DNA of 64,000 bases from IMG/VR virus record IMGVR_UViG_3300025732_000016; one strand, given 5' to 3'. The DNA is from a virus. Lineage: Duplodnaviria > Caudoviricetes. The translations under genes were made by a program, and so were the position numbers. How positions within the stretch are numbered: position 1 is the first letter of the stretch; every line of letters starts with the position of its first letter. Positions 43,707 to 52,672 of this stretch are shown here, in pieces. The notes below the pieces were generated by a model that saw only the letters and a program-made list of their open reading frames with translations, did no database searches and was not told the DNA's origin.

Positions 43707-46309
43707 TATCTCAGTACTCTATGGTAAGATGTGGGTTGTGCATCAATCGTCTGTGAGCTTAACTGCAGAGACGCCTGCTCAGTAAGCGCCTGGGTGCTCG
43801 TGGTTTGATTTCCGACTATTTGAGCTTCAGCTATGGTGGCTGCTGTGAAGGGGGTCACTGGCCTTATGATTATCGAAGACTCTGGCATCGGAGCAGGATT
43901 GAATGCTTCGATGGGCGGAGATCGCGGAACCACGACTATTGAAGACAGACCGCTGCTGGTTTCTAGCTTCTTCTTCTTGCTCTCTCGTGGTGAAGACTCT
44001 TTCCTCTCAATATCAACTCGATAGTAGTCTTCATAAGCTGAGTCTGCAGATTCAGCAGTGTCAACGACCACTTGCGAGTTAACAGCAACTACCGGGTCTC
44101 TCCAGGCTTGCCCATTGACAAAATTAACTTCGAGAATTGAAGGTAAAGTTTTCGGACGATAAGTTGAGATCTCGAATGAGTCTCCAGGAGTAAGGTCAAG
44201 GTAAACTGGACGAACTCTGTATTTCACGACTCCGACCCTTTCATAGAGCTCCCTGTCTTCGAACGCAGTAACTCTAAACGAGCAACCCAGTAGACACTCA
44301 ACCCCATCAGCTGATCCGAACACTTGAAAATGATCGACTTCAGTTAGGTCACCGTCATACAACCATTCTATTAGATTAGAGTCTCTCATAGTCTTCGTAA
44401 GAAAGATTTGTGAGACTGAGCCCCTGAGACGTGTGGTGGGAACTTCAATCACCCTCTTTATTCCGCTATCAATGATTGAGAAATCAGCTCCAGATTTGGA
44501 GTCTCTTGTAAGAGCGGCGTCTGATGGCAATGACTGTAGATACCTACCGCCAAAAGTCCCAAACTTGTACAGGGGCTGTGATGGGATCAAAGACGAAGGT
44601 GATTTAATGCCCAGGGAGAAAACGTAGACAGCTCCTGCAGAACTCGAAACCTTGTCGATGAAATCGAAGCCAGTGCTGCCTATCGAGATCTCTTTAGTGT
44701 AAGATTGCTCACCAGTCTCTAGATCTATTCTCTCTATCTTGCAAGAGAATACTTCTGAGTAGAGATTCGGATCAGAAACATAGCCATCTGCAGAGAGAAT
44801 AGTTGGCGAAACGCCGCTTGCGTTGATCGAGTTTATGAGATTCGTGAGGTCCTGTCTACCAGAGTCAGTAAAATCAGCAGTAATCTTGAACTTCACTTTT
44901 TGATCGCCGATGAGCGCTGGTGGAGAAACACGCAGTGAAGCATTGCTGTATTGCGTCCTATTCTCATAAACAACGACATTACAACTTTCTTTCTTCCTTT
45001 GCTTACGATCGTATGAGATGATCTTCGTTTCGTATGTGCAATCCGTCTCAGGGAAAGTGATAGGAACTCTTACGTTGTTTTCATTGGCTATCCGAGTCCG
45101 CGCTAGCTCAACAAAAGTTCTCTCTCCCTTAGTCATGTTTCTAACCATAACAGCGACTGATATGCTACCGGGTGGCAGTTTCTTGATGATCACTACAGAG
45201 TTTATAGCATCATTTGTCACGTAGAATGGAACTATTGAGGGCTTTGAAGAGTTTGATTGGCCCGAAACTTTGCTTCTCTTTGACGGCAGTCCATAAACTT
45301 CGCTCTTGAACGGAATAGAAAGTCTTCCGAGTCCCTCAGAAAAGTAGTGAGTTCTCTTAATCTTCGGCTTCTTTGAGCGAGACTGATTGTCTTCTCCCGT
45401 GAACTCTGTTGAAGTCAAAGAGCCCACAGAAATGATGTCTCTCACGAAAGAAACATCACTCACAATTGAAGAATTGAACACGTTATTGTCAGTGATTTTC
45501 CCACTCGGATCACTAAGCGCCAGTTTTTCCATTTCGCTGATGATCAGAGACGGTCTCACATTCACTTCAACATATTCTATCGGGGTCCCAGTACGATCTA
45601 GATAGCTAAACTCGTAGACGCTAGAGCTTAAGAACTCTCTGAGAGTCATTTCAACTTCTTGCTCGAAGATCTGGTATGCTGAGTAGATCTTCATGCGACG
45701 ATAGTCGCTTTGAGAAGCGACCGGCCTTGTGTAGTACGAAGGAAGCAGCTTCGACATTGCGTTAGAAGAGCTCTTCGCGGGATCAAGAACAGGAAACGGT
45801 TCTCTTAGAGTCGCAGGATCTATTCCAGCCTGAAGTTTACTGAGCAGATAATCTCTATCTGACTGCGGTTTAGCTGGAGCTGAAGCTATCTCTTGAGTAG
45901 CAGGTACCGACTGCAAGTAGTTATACTGTATGGGATAACCTGACTTCAGCGATGGAATAGCGGAGTCAGGGAGTGATCTCATGACATCGAAGTTGTGGAT
46001 TGCAACAGTGACGCTCTTGACATTCTTGTCATGTTGCAATTCAATAGAAGAAATGCTGCTGAAGCTCGGGTCAGAGCTCACGCCTGATTGCGTTGAAGCA
46101 GTTGCAATCTGTGGGTTGACAGATGTCTTGAGCTCAAGACGCACTGTTCTCCCGCCGTCTGCGACGACTCTAATAGAGTTAAAGGCGAACCTGATCGTGA
46201 CATAAACTAGCGGTTCATTCCGGTTTGGAGATCTAAACAATCTCACTCTAGATATCGGAGGGCTCTCAACTCTCAGGACGCCCGAGGTAAATTTTGCCAG
46301 CGCTCTCAT
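43706..46309 (-). CDS. Hypothetical virion protein (867 aa) with possible Ig/Fn3-like domains
   Basis: Long intact ORF; LIEW.Y.GD...VDHFQV and KYRVRPV beta-sandwich-like segments. Confidence 0.7.
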   Translation of the reverse strand: MRALAKFTSGVLRVESPPISRVRLFRSPNRNEPLVYVTIRFAFNSIRVVADGGRTVRLELKTSVNPQIATASTQSGVSSDPSFSSISSIELQHDKNVKSVTVAIHNFDVMRSLPDSAIPSLKSGYPIQYNYLQSVPATQEIASAPAKPQSDRDYLLSKLQAGIDPATLREPFPVLDPAKSSSNAMSKLLPSYYTRPVASQSDYRRMKIYSAYQIFEQEVEMTLREFLSSSVYEFSYLDRTGTPIEYVEVNVRPSLIISEMEKLALSDPSGKITDNNVFNSSIVSDVSFVRDIISVGSLTSTEFTGEDNQSRSKKPKIKRTHYFSEGLGRLSIPFKSEVYGLPSKRSKVSGQSNSSKPSIVPFYVTNDAINSVVIIKKLPPGSISVAVMVRNMTKGERTFVELARTRIANENNVRVPITFPETDCTYETKIISYDRKQRKKESCNVVVYENRTQYSNASLRVSPPALIGDQKVKFKITADFTDSGRQDLTNLINSINASGVSPTILSADGYVSDPNLYSEVFSCKIERIDLETGEQSYTKEISIGSTGFDFIDKVSSSAGAVYVFSLGIKSPSSLIPSQPLYKFGTFGGRYLQSLPSDAALTRDSKSGADFSIIDSGIKRVIEVPTTRLRGSVSQIFLTKTMRDSNLIEWLYDGDLTEVDHFQVFGSADGVECLLGCSFRVTAFEDRELYERVGVVKYRVRPVYLDLTPGDSFEISTYRPKTLPSILEVNFVNGQAWRDPVVAVNSQVVVDTAESADSAYEDYYRVDIERKESSPRESKKKKLETSSGLSSIVVVPRSPPIEAFNPAPMPESSIIIRPVTPFTAATIAEAQIVGNQTTSTQALTEQASLQLSSQTIDAQPTSYHRVLR

Positions 46310-47196
46310 TCGACTACCAGATCAAATAGGTTGACAAAAGTGGGATTGCCATATCCGTCTTCAAAAACTTTCCCAACGAAGTAAATCGTTCTTTGCCTTC
46401 CACTTTCTCCGCGAGAAGCAATCTCACCATAACGTATGATGTCAAGCTTCACCAATCCGCTTGAAGAGCTTTCGAATAATTGCATGCTCACTTCATTTCT
46501 GTCAGTGTACTTAGACAGACTGATTCTTTGAGAATCAAGAGACGCAATCTCCGCCAGAAGCTTGTTCTCAGTTATCGGATCTTCTTTAACATCAGCATAC
46601 TCTCCCAACGAAATTTCGTTGCCGACAGTGCTAATAGTTCTTTGCACTGGCGGAAGGTAGAGAAAGTTAACAAGCTTACCCAGTCTCTTATCTGCAAAAA
46701 GACTTTCGACATCATCGATCGAAGAAGTTGAGGGCTCTCCTCTGAATGGTCTCTCATTGCTGACTGAGAAGCTGACTGATTCTGGCCTGACTGATAGACC
46801 CGGGTCTTCGAGTATAACGTCTTTAGTGGAGATCAGTCTCTGGTTGTCAAAAGCCTCTAGAGAGCCAGAAAAGATTAGATTTTCTACGGCGTCGGTTGAT
46901 TGGTAGGGATTCGCTTTCCCGCTTCTAGTGACCATGTAACCGTCACCACTGAAGCTGTTCAAGTCACCGTAATCATCAGAAGTGACTGTTATCTCATCGT
47001 TTGGCGTGCTGAACGCTTCAAAACCGACTTGTAGCGGATTTACTGCAACTCCGCTTCCGTCGTCTTCATAAGTTGCTCCAAGATCAGAGAAAGATACGTA
47101 CTTTACTGTGATCCCACCGTCAATCAGTGAGGTTCTTCCTCTTGACGTGAGACGTGCGTCTATCACACGAGTTTTACTGTCTAGTAGTCCAGCCAT
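46306..47196 (-). CDS. Baseplate-associated protein, second N-terminal tail-collar-like paralogue
   Basis: MAGLLDSKTRVIDARLTSRGRTSL...VKYVSFSD resembles the N-terminus of 37653-38354. Confidence 0.6.
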   Translation of the reverse strand: MAGLLDSKTRVIDARLTSRGRTSLIDGGITVKYVSFSDLGATYEDDGSGVAVNPLQVGFEAFSTPNDEITVTSDDYGDLNSFSGDGYMVTRSGKANPYQSTDAVENLIFSGSLEAFDNQRLISTKDVILEDPGLSVRPESVSFSVSNERPFRGEPSTSSIDDVESLFADKRLGKLVNFLYLPPVQRTISTVGNEISLGEYADVKEDPITENKLLAEIASLDSQRISLSKYTDRNEVSMQLFESSSSGLVKLDIIRYGEIASRGESGRQRTIYFVGKVFEDGYGNPTFVNLFDLVVE

Positions 47197-47201
47197 GTGT
47201 A

Positions 47202-47208
47202 TATGTAG
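47202..47208 (-). promoter_or_regulatory. Near-match late promoter motif CTACATA (leaderless gene at 47196)
   Basis: TACATA-TACAC-ATG, a 5-nt gap with no SD. Confidence 0.45.
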
Positions 47209-47254
47209 GTGCTGCTTAAGCTAATAGGCACATACTCACATGTGAAGGAACCAC

Positions 47255-48106
47255 TCAGGAAAGTTCAGTGTAAGTAGTTGTGACAGTCTCAGTAACCTCT
47301 GACTCGTCCTTGTCGAGGTAGCTTCCAAATATCCTGCAGTATGTATCTTGGTTCGTGCTCAATCTGTAGCTCGAACTAGCCAACGGAGTGTAAATCGGAG
47401 GTGTAGTCTTCTGCGTTGTTGACCAGTAGAACTTCTCTACTGGTCCTGATAGCACGTCAAAGAATTGACCGTGGCGAAGCGGCGAGAGAACATATGAGTC
47501 ATTGACAACTGTTCCGACTATTGATGTAGTCCCTGTCGTTGGCAGCCAAGTCTCAGAATAATCTAGCTGCCCTTCTCCTCCTGTGAAGCCTCTAGTTCTT
47601 ATGGTGCCTAAATCTGGAAATGGGCTTGTAGGAAAACCACCAGAAACTATCGTGGTATTTCCTCTTTCACCTCTTGAAACCTGTCTCAATTTCACAATAG
47701 CATTTGCTCCTACTATCTCAGCGCTTGCTGAGATTTTCGGACCGATACCCACAGACAGACTATTGAATGCTTCAATGAACAATTCCATGAGATCAGAGCC
47801 AGCGATTCCATTGCTTGAGTACGCCACGTAAGCAACATCGCCTGAAACATCTACGAAATTCGCCTGACTTCCTGGGTAGTTGTTGCTTGACATGATCAAT
47901 CGACCTTTCTTGCCAAGAGTGTCAGAATAAGAGAACGAAACGCTATCATACGAACCAAGAGAACCGTAGATGAAACTTTTCTTAAAAAGAATGGTTCCTG
48001 TCGCTGCTGTGCTGGAGTTTGGATAATTGCTCCCATAAACGTAGTCATCGTAAGCTATCTTGGGAGAAGTAGCTTTGAAGAAGTAGTTGTTGAAGTTTGA
48101 AGCCAT
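47255..48106 (-). CDS. Hypothetical virion protein (283 aa)
   Basis: Intact ORF in the operon; VKLRQVSRGERGNTTI...GFTGG segment. Confidence 0.7.
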   Translation of the reverse strand: MASNFNNYFFKATSPKIAYDDYVYGSNYPNSSTAATGTILFKKSFIYGSLGSYDSVSFSYSDTLGKKGRLIMSSNNYPGSQANFVDVSGDVAYVAYSSNGIAGSDLMELFIEAFNSLSVGIGPKISASAEIVGANAIVKLRQVSRGERGNTTIVSGGFPTSPFPDLGTIRTRGFTGGEGQLDYSETWLPTTGTTSIVGTVVNDSYVLSPLRHGQFFDVLSGPVEKFYWSTTQKTTPPIYTPLASSSYRLSTNQDTYCRIFGSYLDKDESEVTETVTTTYTELS

Positions 48107-51100
48107 TAGATTCTCCTCGCTCCCGCATCCAGATAGAATCTTCTAGCTGCAGCTGGGTCGGTGTTTCCGTCTATCAGACCTTTCGGACCCTCCGAGCCAG
48201 TGTAAATTCTTGTGTACATTGAGCCGCTCAATAACTCCCCGTTGAAAAGGAATGACCTGTCAGAGATGATTTCTTCACCGTAATATGAAGAAATCGCTCC
48301 TTGCTGTGGACTCGATCTCTTTGGCAAGTTGATCTTCTCGCTAGAGACAAAGTCTCCGATGAGGACGATCTCAGCCTCTCCCGTGCCTATTCTCAGTCTT
48401 GAATCAGGCAGAATCTGATTGTAGTCTTCTTTCAAGTGTGTGTTCTTGAAAACTCTATTTGAGCCATTGTACTGTAGACCACCTCCCCGATTCTCCCCAC
48501 TAGTTGGGCCGTCGAGAAGACCATCACCGGGCAAATCATCTGTATCGACGTCGGGTGGTCCGAAAGTACCAGCGTCAAGACCCAATATCAACTCGTCTTC
48601 AGGTTCAAGAACTATAGGGTTATAAATTTGCCTTTCGCTATTTGTTCCGACTTGAAACGCTGATATGAACCTCCATCCGTAGTATCCCATGTAGAGGTTA
48701 CCGTGGGCGACGCTCCACTCGTCTGCAGCACTCACAGACGTATACCTTCCGAACCATCGAACGGCACTAGTATCGCCCACAGGGATGCCAGCGTTTATTG
48801 ATTGCGGATCTGAGATGCTCTCGTGTAGAAATGAACCCTTGTTGATCTGCTCTACACCAGTTTTTGCAGAATAGAAATCATGCGGAAAGAAAGAAAGACC
48901 AAACTGTTGGACAGTTCCTCTTTGCGCTGACCACGTCATGTCGGAGAGAGTTCCCTCAGACGGCTTAGATGGGCCCGCGAGGTTGACCAGGGCACGACAA
49001 TAAGAGGGAACCATAGAGAGTTGAGCATCAACGCTGCCTGTAGGAAATCCCGGATCGATCCACCCAGGAGTTGGTCCTGTGAGAGTCGTGAAATTGTCGG
49101 GTTGTATCGAAGAATATGGGTTCTTCAGTGAAGTTACGGCCATCAACGGGGGTCGTGTCCCACCGAGCCATCTATTGCACAAGAGAGTTACACCGGGGGC
49201 GACAGCAGTTGTGGCAGCAGTCGGTTGTGAATGATTGCCGAGAGAAACGTAGCTGTAAAGACGTATCGGCGGCGTCGAAAAGTCACCCTCTCTGTAAGCA
49301 AAATCTCTCTTCGAGCTCGCAGTTATCGGAATCAAACTTGGAGCGACTTGACACTCTGGCACCATGCTTGGCAGCATGGTAAGATTCAGAAATCTTGAAT
49401 CCGTATAGATTTGCGAGTCGGCGGCAGATGGAGCAGCTGGGTTCAAGAACCTTGTGACGCCCCAGTTCTTCGAATACTGTGGTGTGTGAAGAATCGCATT
49501 ATCAGTAGAGATTCTGGTGAGAGACTGGCTGAAAAAGTCTATCGATGAATCTGGTTGTGTGAGGCCTGTGTATAGCCCACCCGAATTGTAAGGAGAGACA
49601 CTCGGTAGCAATTGCCACTTTGAAGTAGCATCAGTGAAAAATCCATCGGTCCAGGCGCCTCCGAAGGAAGCAGAGTTATAGTAGCAAATAGAAGCGCTAG
49701 CTATCAGGTATCTTTTTGAAGTGCTCCAGTCAGCAGCAGTGTCCCTCTCTCTTGATACCCTTCTCTGTCGATACACAAAGAAGACATAATTGTCGAGATC
49801 CTTCTTGTTGGTGATTTGCCGATTCCAAACACTCACTGAGGCGGGCTCGATACCGGGATTCAGCCCAAAGCGTCTTTCAGCGGTGACTGGTATTCTAAGC
49901 TCTATTCTCTTCAGAATGAAGGGCCTATCAATGAAGTTCTTGAGCTTTATCGTTTCGTGATCGAAACCGTGGTACCGAGGAGCATTGGGGGCTCCAAACA
50001 TGCTGGTTGGCCACCCTATTCTCTCATAGCCTGCCTGCCTTAAATGCTCGACATGATTCACAAAGTAGCCAAACTGCGGAGACCAAGCAAATTGCGCCAT
50101 TATCTTATTAGACGACTGTTCTATGTCACCGTCTTGAAACAATCCACCTGTGTAGCCGTTACCTTCTAATCGTATGAAATTTGAAGCAGAAGCGCTGATT
50201 TTCGTGTAGTTGTTGTCGGAGGTCAGTGATGTCTCTGCAGCGTATCTCTTCTCTATCCACTTTTTCAGCACTGGACTGTAATACAAGAAACCAGTGCCGA
50301 TGAAGTCAGAAGAACCATCGAGTAAGAGAACTGTTGACAATTCCGGTGCTCCGAGGGACCATCCGGAGTAGTCAAACCTCGCGGCAATCGTATTCGTGTC
50401 CTCGTTCGGAAGCGGCACTCTTATCAATGCACTGCCTGATGCGATAACATACTCATCGTCGATCACGGGACTTGTCAAGTCTGCTGCATCGCTGAATGCT
50501 GGTGTTCGCTCATGATCAACGAGAAGGTTTCCATCAGAGAAACCCACGTTCACTTCTGGAGCCAAGAAATTTTCCTGGTACACTTCAGATGTTGAAATCG
50601 TAGAAGAATCAACGAAAGCTGCAAGCTTTGAAACTGGGCTCGAGTCGTAAAAGCCAGAGTTTGCAGCATTTTTTGATTTTTTTCTATCAACAAGTCCAAG
50701 AAGCCTCTTGGGAGCAGAAGTGTAAGACGTTCTTCTCTCTGTATAGACTCCGTCAATCACACCTTTGTATATTGCCTTGATCTCAGGACCGCTTAGGACT
50801 CTATTCCACACAGCTAATTGAGCTATTGCGTCGCCGTTACTTAGACTTCCACTGAAGAACGTATTCACTATTGGTTGTCTAAGAGTCTTGTTCAACAACT
50901 CAGTCGTTGGGTACCTGGGAGTGTTGTCTCCCTGGAGACCCAACAATCCGTCCTCGTAGAAGAAGGGAGAATGTCCAGCAGGAAAAGGTCCCCACGCCGG
51001 TGTCGTATAGACCAGCTCACCGTCTAGCCACATCTCACAAAGGCCCTCCTGTCCAGTCTCAGAAGTGTTGAAAAGAGGAGAGACCTCTGCTCCTAGTACA

Positions 51101-51804
51101 CTGCTCATGTTCACTTTGCGTGGTCGTTCAGCAGCTCTCTGAACATACACAATGTGGTGCCACCCTGAAAGACTGGCGGGATAGTACACTTGAGAACCAG
51201 TGGGAGGTTGTCCCACTGGGAAATACCTACCTCGATAGGATAGTTGAGCGCCAGATCCACTGATGACTGCGCCAGAAAGGCCTGCTGTTTTAGTCGTTGA
51301 TGCGATGACAAAAACTTGCCCTGGTAGGGCAGACCCGGTCATTGTGTCAAGAATAAAAGTAGCCTTCGAAGGTCCCGCATCCCACCTTGCTAAATTAAAC
51401 TGCAGACCAGCAGACCCAGAAGTCTGGATCACGTATGAAGAGCTTGTCGATGATATCGATGGTGAGACTGTGCTACCACTGACCCAAACTGAAAATGTGA
51501 GCTCTTTTGTCGTGAAACTAAGATAGTCTGAGACTACTGGTATTACTTGCTTCACATTTGAGCTAGAACCTGCAGCAAGACATCTTGTCGTTGATGCAAA
51601 CTTGCCCGTAAACGGAGAAGTTAAATTTACCGCTCCCGCGATTGGAAGCGGAAAGTTTAGACCAGTGACAGTTTCAGCTGGATCTTTGATAGACTGTTGG
51701 AAGGCAAGGCTAGAGCTCAAATCATAGATTCTGCCGCCCTCAGTCAGGGAGAAGAGCACTCTAAAGTCTTCGAGGGGACCAATGTTTCCGCCGAGTTTTG
51801 CCAT
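48106..51804 (-). CDS. Large virion protein with an N-terminal LamG-like domain (1232 aa)
   Basis: LTFSVWV, GWHHIVYV, MWLDGEL, IAQLAVWNRVLSGPEIKAIY form the LamG pattern. Confidence 0.7.
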   Translation of the reverse strand: MAKLGGNIGPLEDFRVLFSLTEGGRIYDLSSSLAFQQSIKDPAETVTGLNFPLPIAGAVNLTSPFTGKFASTTRCLAAGSSSNVKQVIPVVSDYLSFTTKELTFSVWVSGSTVSPSISSTSSSYVIQTSGSAGLQFNLARWDAGPSKATFILDTMTGSALPGQVFVIASTTKTAGLSGAVISGSGAQLSYRGRYFPVGQPPTGSQVYYPASLSGWHHIVYVQRAAERPRKVNMSSVLGAEVSPLFNTSETGQEGLCEMWLDGELVYTTPAWGPFPAGHSPFFYEDGLLGLQGDNTPRYPTTELLNKTLRQPIVNTFFSGSLSNGDAIAQLAVWNRVLSGPEIKAIYKGVIDGVYTERRTSYTSAPKRLLGLVDRKKSKNAANSGFYDSSPVSKLAAFVDSSTISTSEVYQENFLAPEVNVGFSDGNLLVDHERTPAFSDAADLTSPVIDDEYVIASGSALIRVPLPNEDTNTIAARFDYSGWSLGAPELSTVLLLDGSSDFIGTGFLYYSPVLKKWIEKRYAAETSLTSDNNYTKISASASNFIRLEGNGYTGGLFQDGDIEQSSNKIMAQFAWSPQFGYFVNHVEHLRQAGYERIGWPTSMFGAPNAPRYHGFDHETIKLKNFIDRPFILKRIELRIPVTAERRFGLNPGIEPASVSVWNRQITNKKDLDNYVFFVYRQRRVSRERDTAADWSTSKRYLIASASICYYNSASFGGAWTDGFFTDATSKWQLLPSVSPYNSGGLYTGLTQPDSSIDFFSQSLTRISTDNAILHTPQYSKNWGVTRFLNPAAPSAADSQIYTDSRFLNLTMLPSMVPECQVAPSLIPITASSKRDFAYREGDFSTPPIRLYSYVSLGNHSQPTAATTAVAPGVTLLCNRWLGGTRPPLMAVTSLKNPYSSIQPDNFTTLTGPTPGWIDPGFPTGSVDAQLSMVPSYCRALVNLAGPSKPSEGTLSDMTWSAQRGTVQQFGLSFFPHDFYSAKTGVEQINKGSFLHESISDPQSINAGIPVGDTSAVRWFGRYTSVSAADEWSVAHGNLYMGYYGWRFISAFQVGTNSERQIYNPIVLEPEDELILGLDAGTFGPPDVDTDDLPGDGLLDGPTSGENRGGGLQYNGSNRVFKNTHLKEDYNQILPDSRLRIGTGEAEIVLIGDFVSSEKINLPKRSSPQQGAISSYYGEEIISDRSFLFNGELLSGSMYTRIYTGSEGPKGLIDGNTDPAAARRFYLDAGARRI

Positions 51805-51805
51805 C

Positions 51806-52672
51806 TCACATCCTGTCGCTATACACTATTGAATCGGTTCCGTTCAAAACGTTAAGAAACGTCCACCCTGCAGAAGCAGATTTCTTGTCTCTTTTCTTGT
51901 AGTACGATCCCGCTAGCCCTGAGGCTATCACTCTACTCATCTCTGGGTCCTCGGTTATTGAGCTCATGTTCATCGTTGCAATAGCGCTCAGCTCTGATGC
52001 ATCTCCCGTATCGTAGCTGTCGATAAATGGGAAAATTGCTGTGCTTTCTTGATCCTGGTATGTAGTGAACTCATTGATGTGGTCTTCGCTTCCAATCTCA
52101 AAATACTTCGGTGACATGGACAAGGTTGAGGAGTAGTCTCTGTCAATTTCTTGGGTGATAGAGTAGAATTTTCTATCAACGCCCTCAGAAGTATCTCCAA
52201 GCGAAGCTTTCATTCCACGCTTCGCGTATTGTGGGAGGAAGCGAAATCCTACGAGCTCTGCTCTAGTCTCAAAGACTCCCACTGTTCCATCTTCTACTGC
52301 AGGATCAGCATACCCAAGCGCTGTCAATATTGTGGGATATAAAGCCAGTCCCTCATCTGTTATGTACGTGACTGGATCGAAGTCACCGATATCAGTGAAG
52401 ACGATCTCACTCGGCAGCCCTTGCCCAAGAGTTCTCCTCTCTGCGAAGCTGCTTGGAGCAGAAGTGATGGAGCCAGCAACGTCCATGTCAATGAGGTTCT
52501 CATCAAAGAAGTTGTCATCAACAACTCTGCCCAAGTAGACCATCAGATCGCTAGAATTTGGTCGAATCCTGAGAATCGAAGTGTTAAACTGCTGCTCTTT
52601 TGTGAGAACGTTTACACCTTCTCTTCTTTGCTCGAGGCTTCCGCTTTGTTGGTCAGTAATCGTTGACGCCAT
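51806..52672 (-). CDS. Hypothetical acidic virion protein (288 aa)
   Basis: Intact ORF coupled to its neighbours; C-term GTDSIV. Confidence 0.7.
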   Translation of the reverse strand: MASTITDQQSGSLEQRREGVNVLTKEQQFNTSILRIRPNSSDLMVYLGRVVDDNFFDENLIDMDVAGSITSAPSSFAERRTLGQGLPSEIVFTDIGDFDPVTYITDEGLALYPTILTALGYADPAVEDGTVGVFETRAELVGFRFLPQYAKRGMKASLGDTSEGVDRKFYSITQEIDRDYSSTLSMSPKYFEIGSEDHINEFTTYQDQESTAIFPFIDSYDTGDASELSAIATMNMSSITEDPEMSRVIASGLAGSYYKKRDKKSASAGWTFLNVLNGTDSIVYSDRM

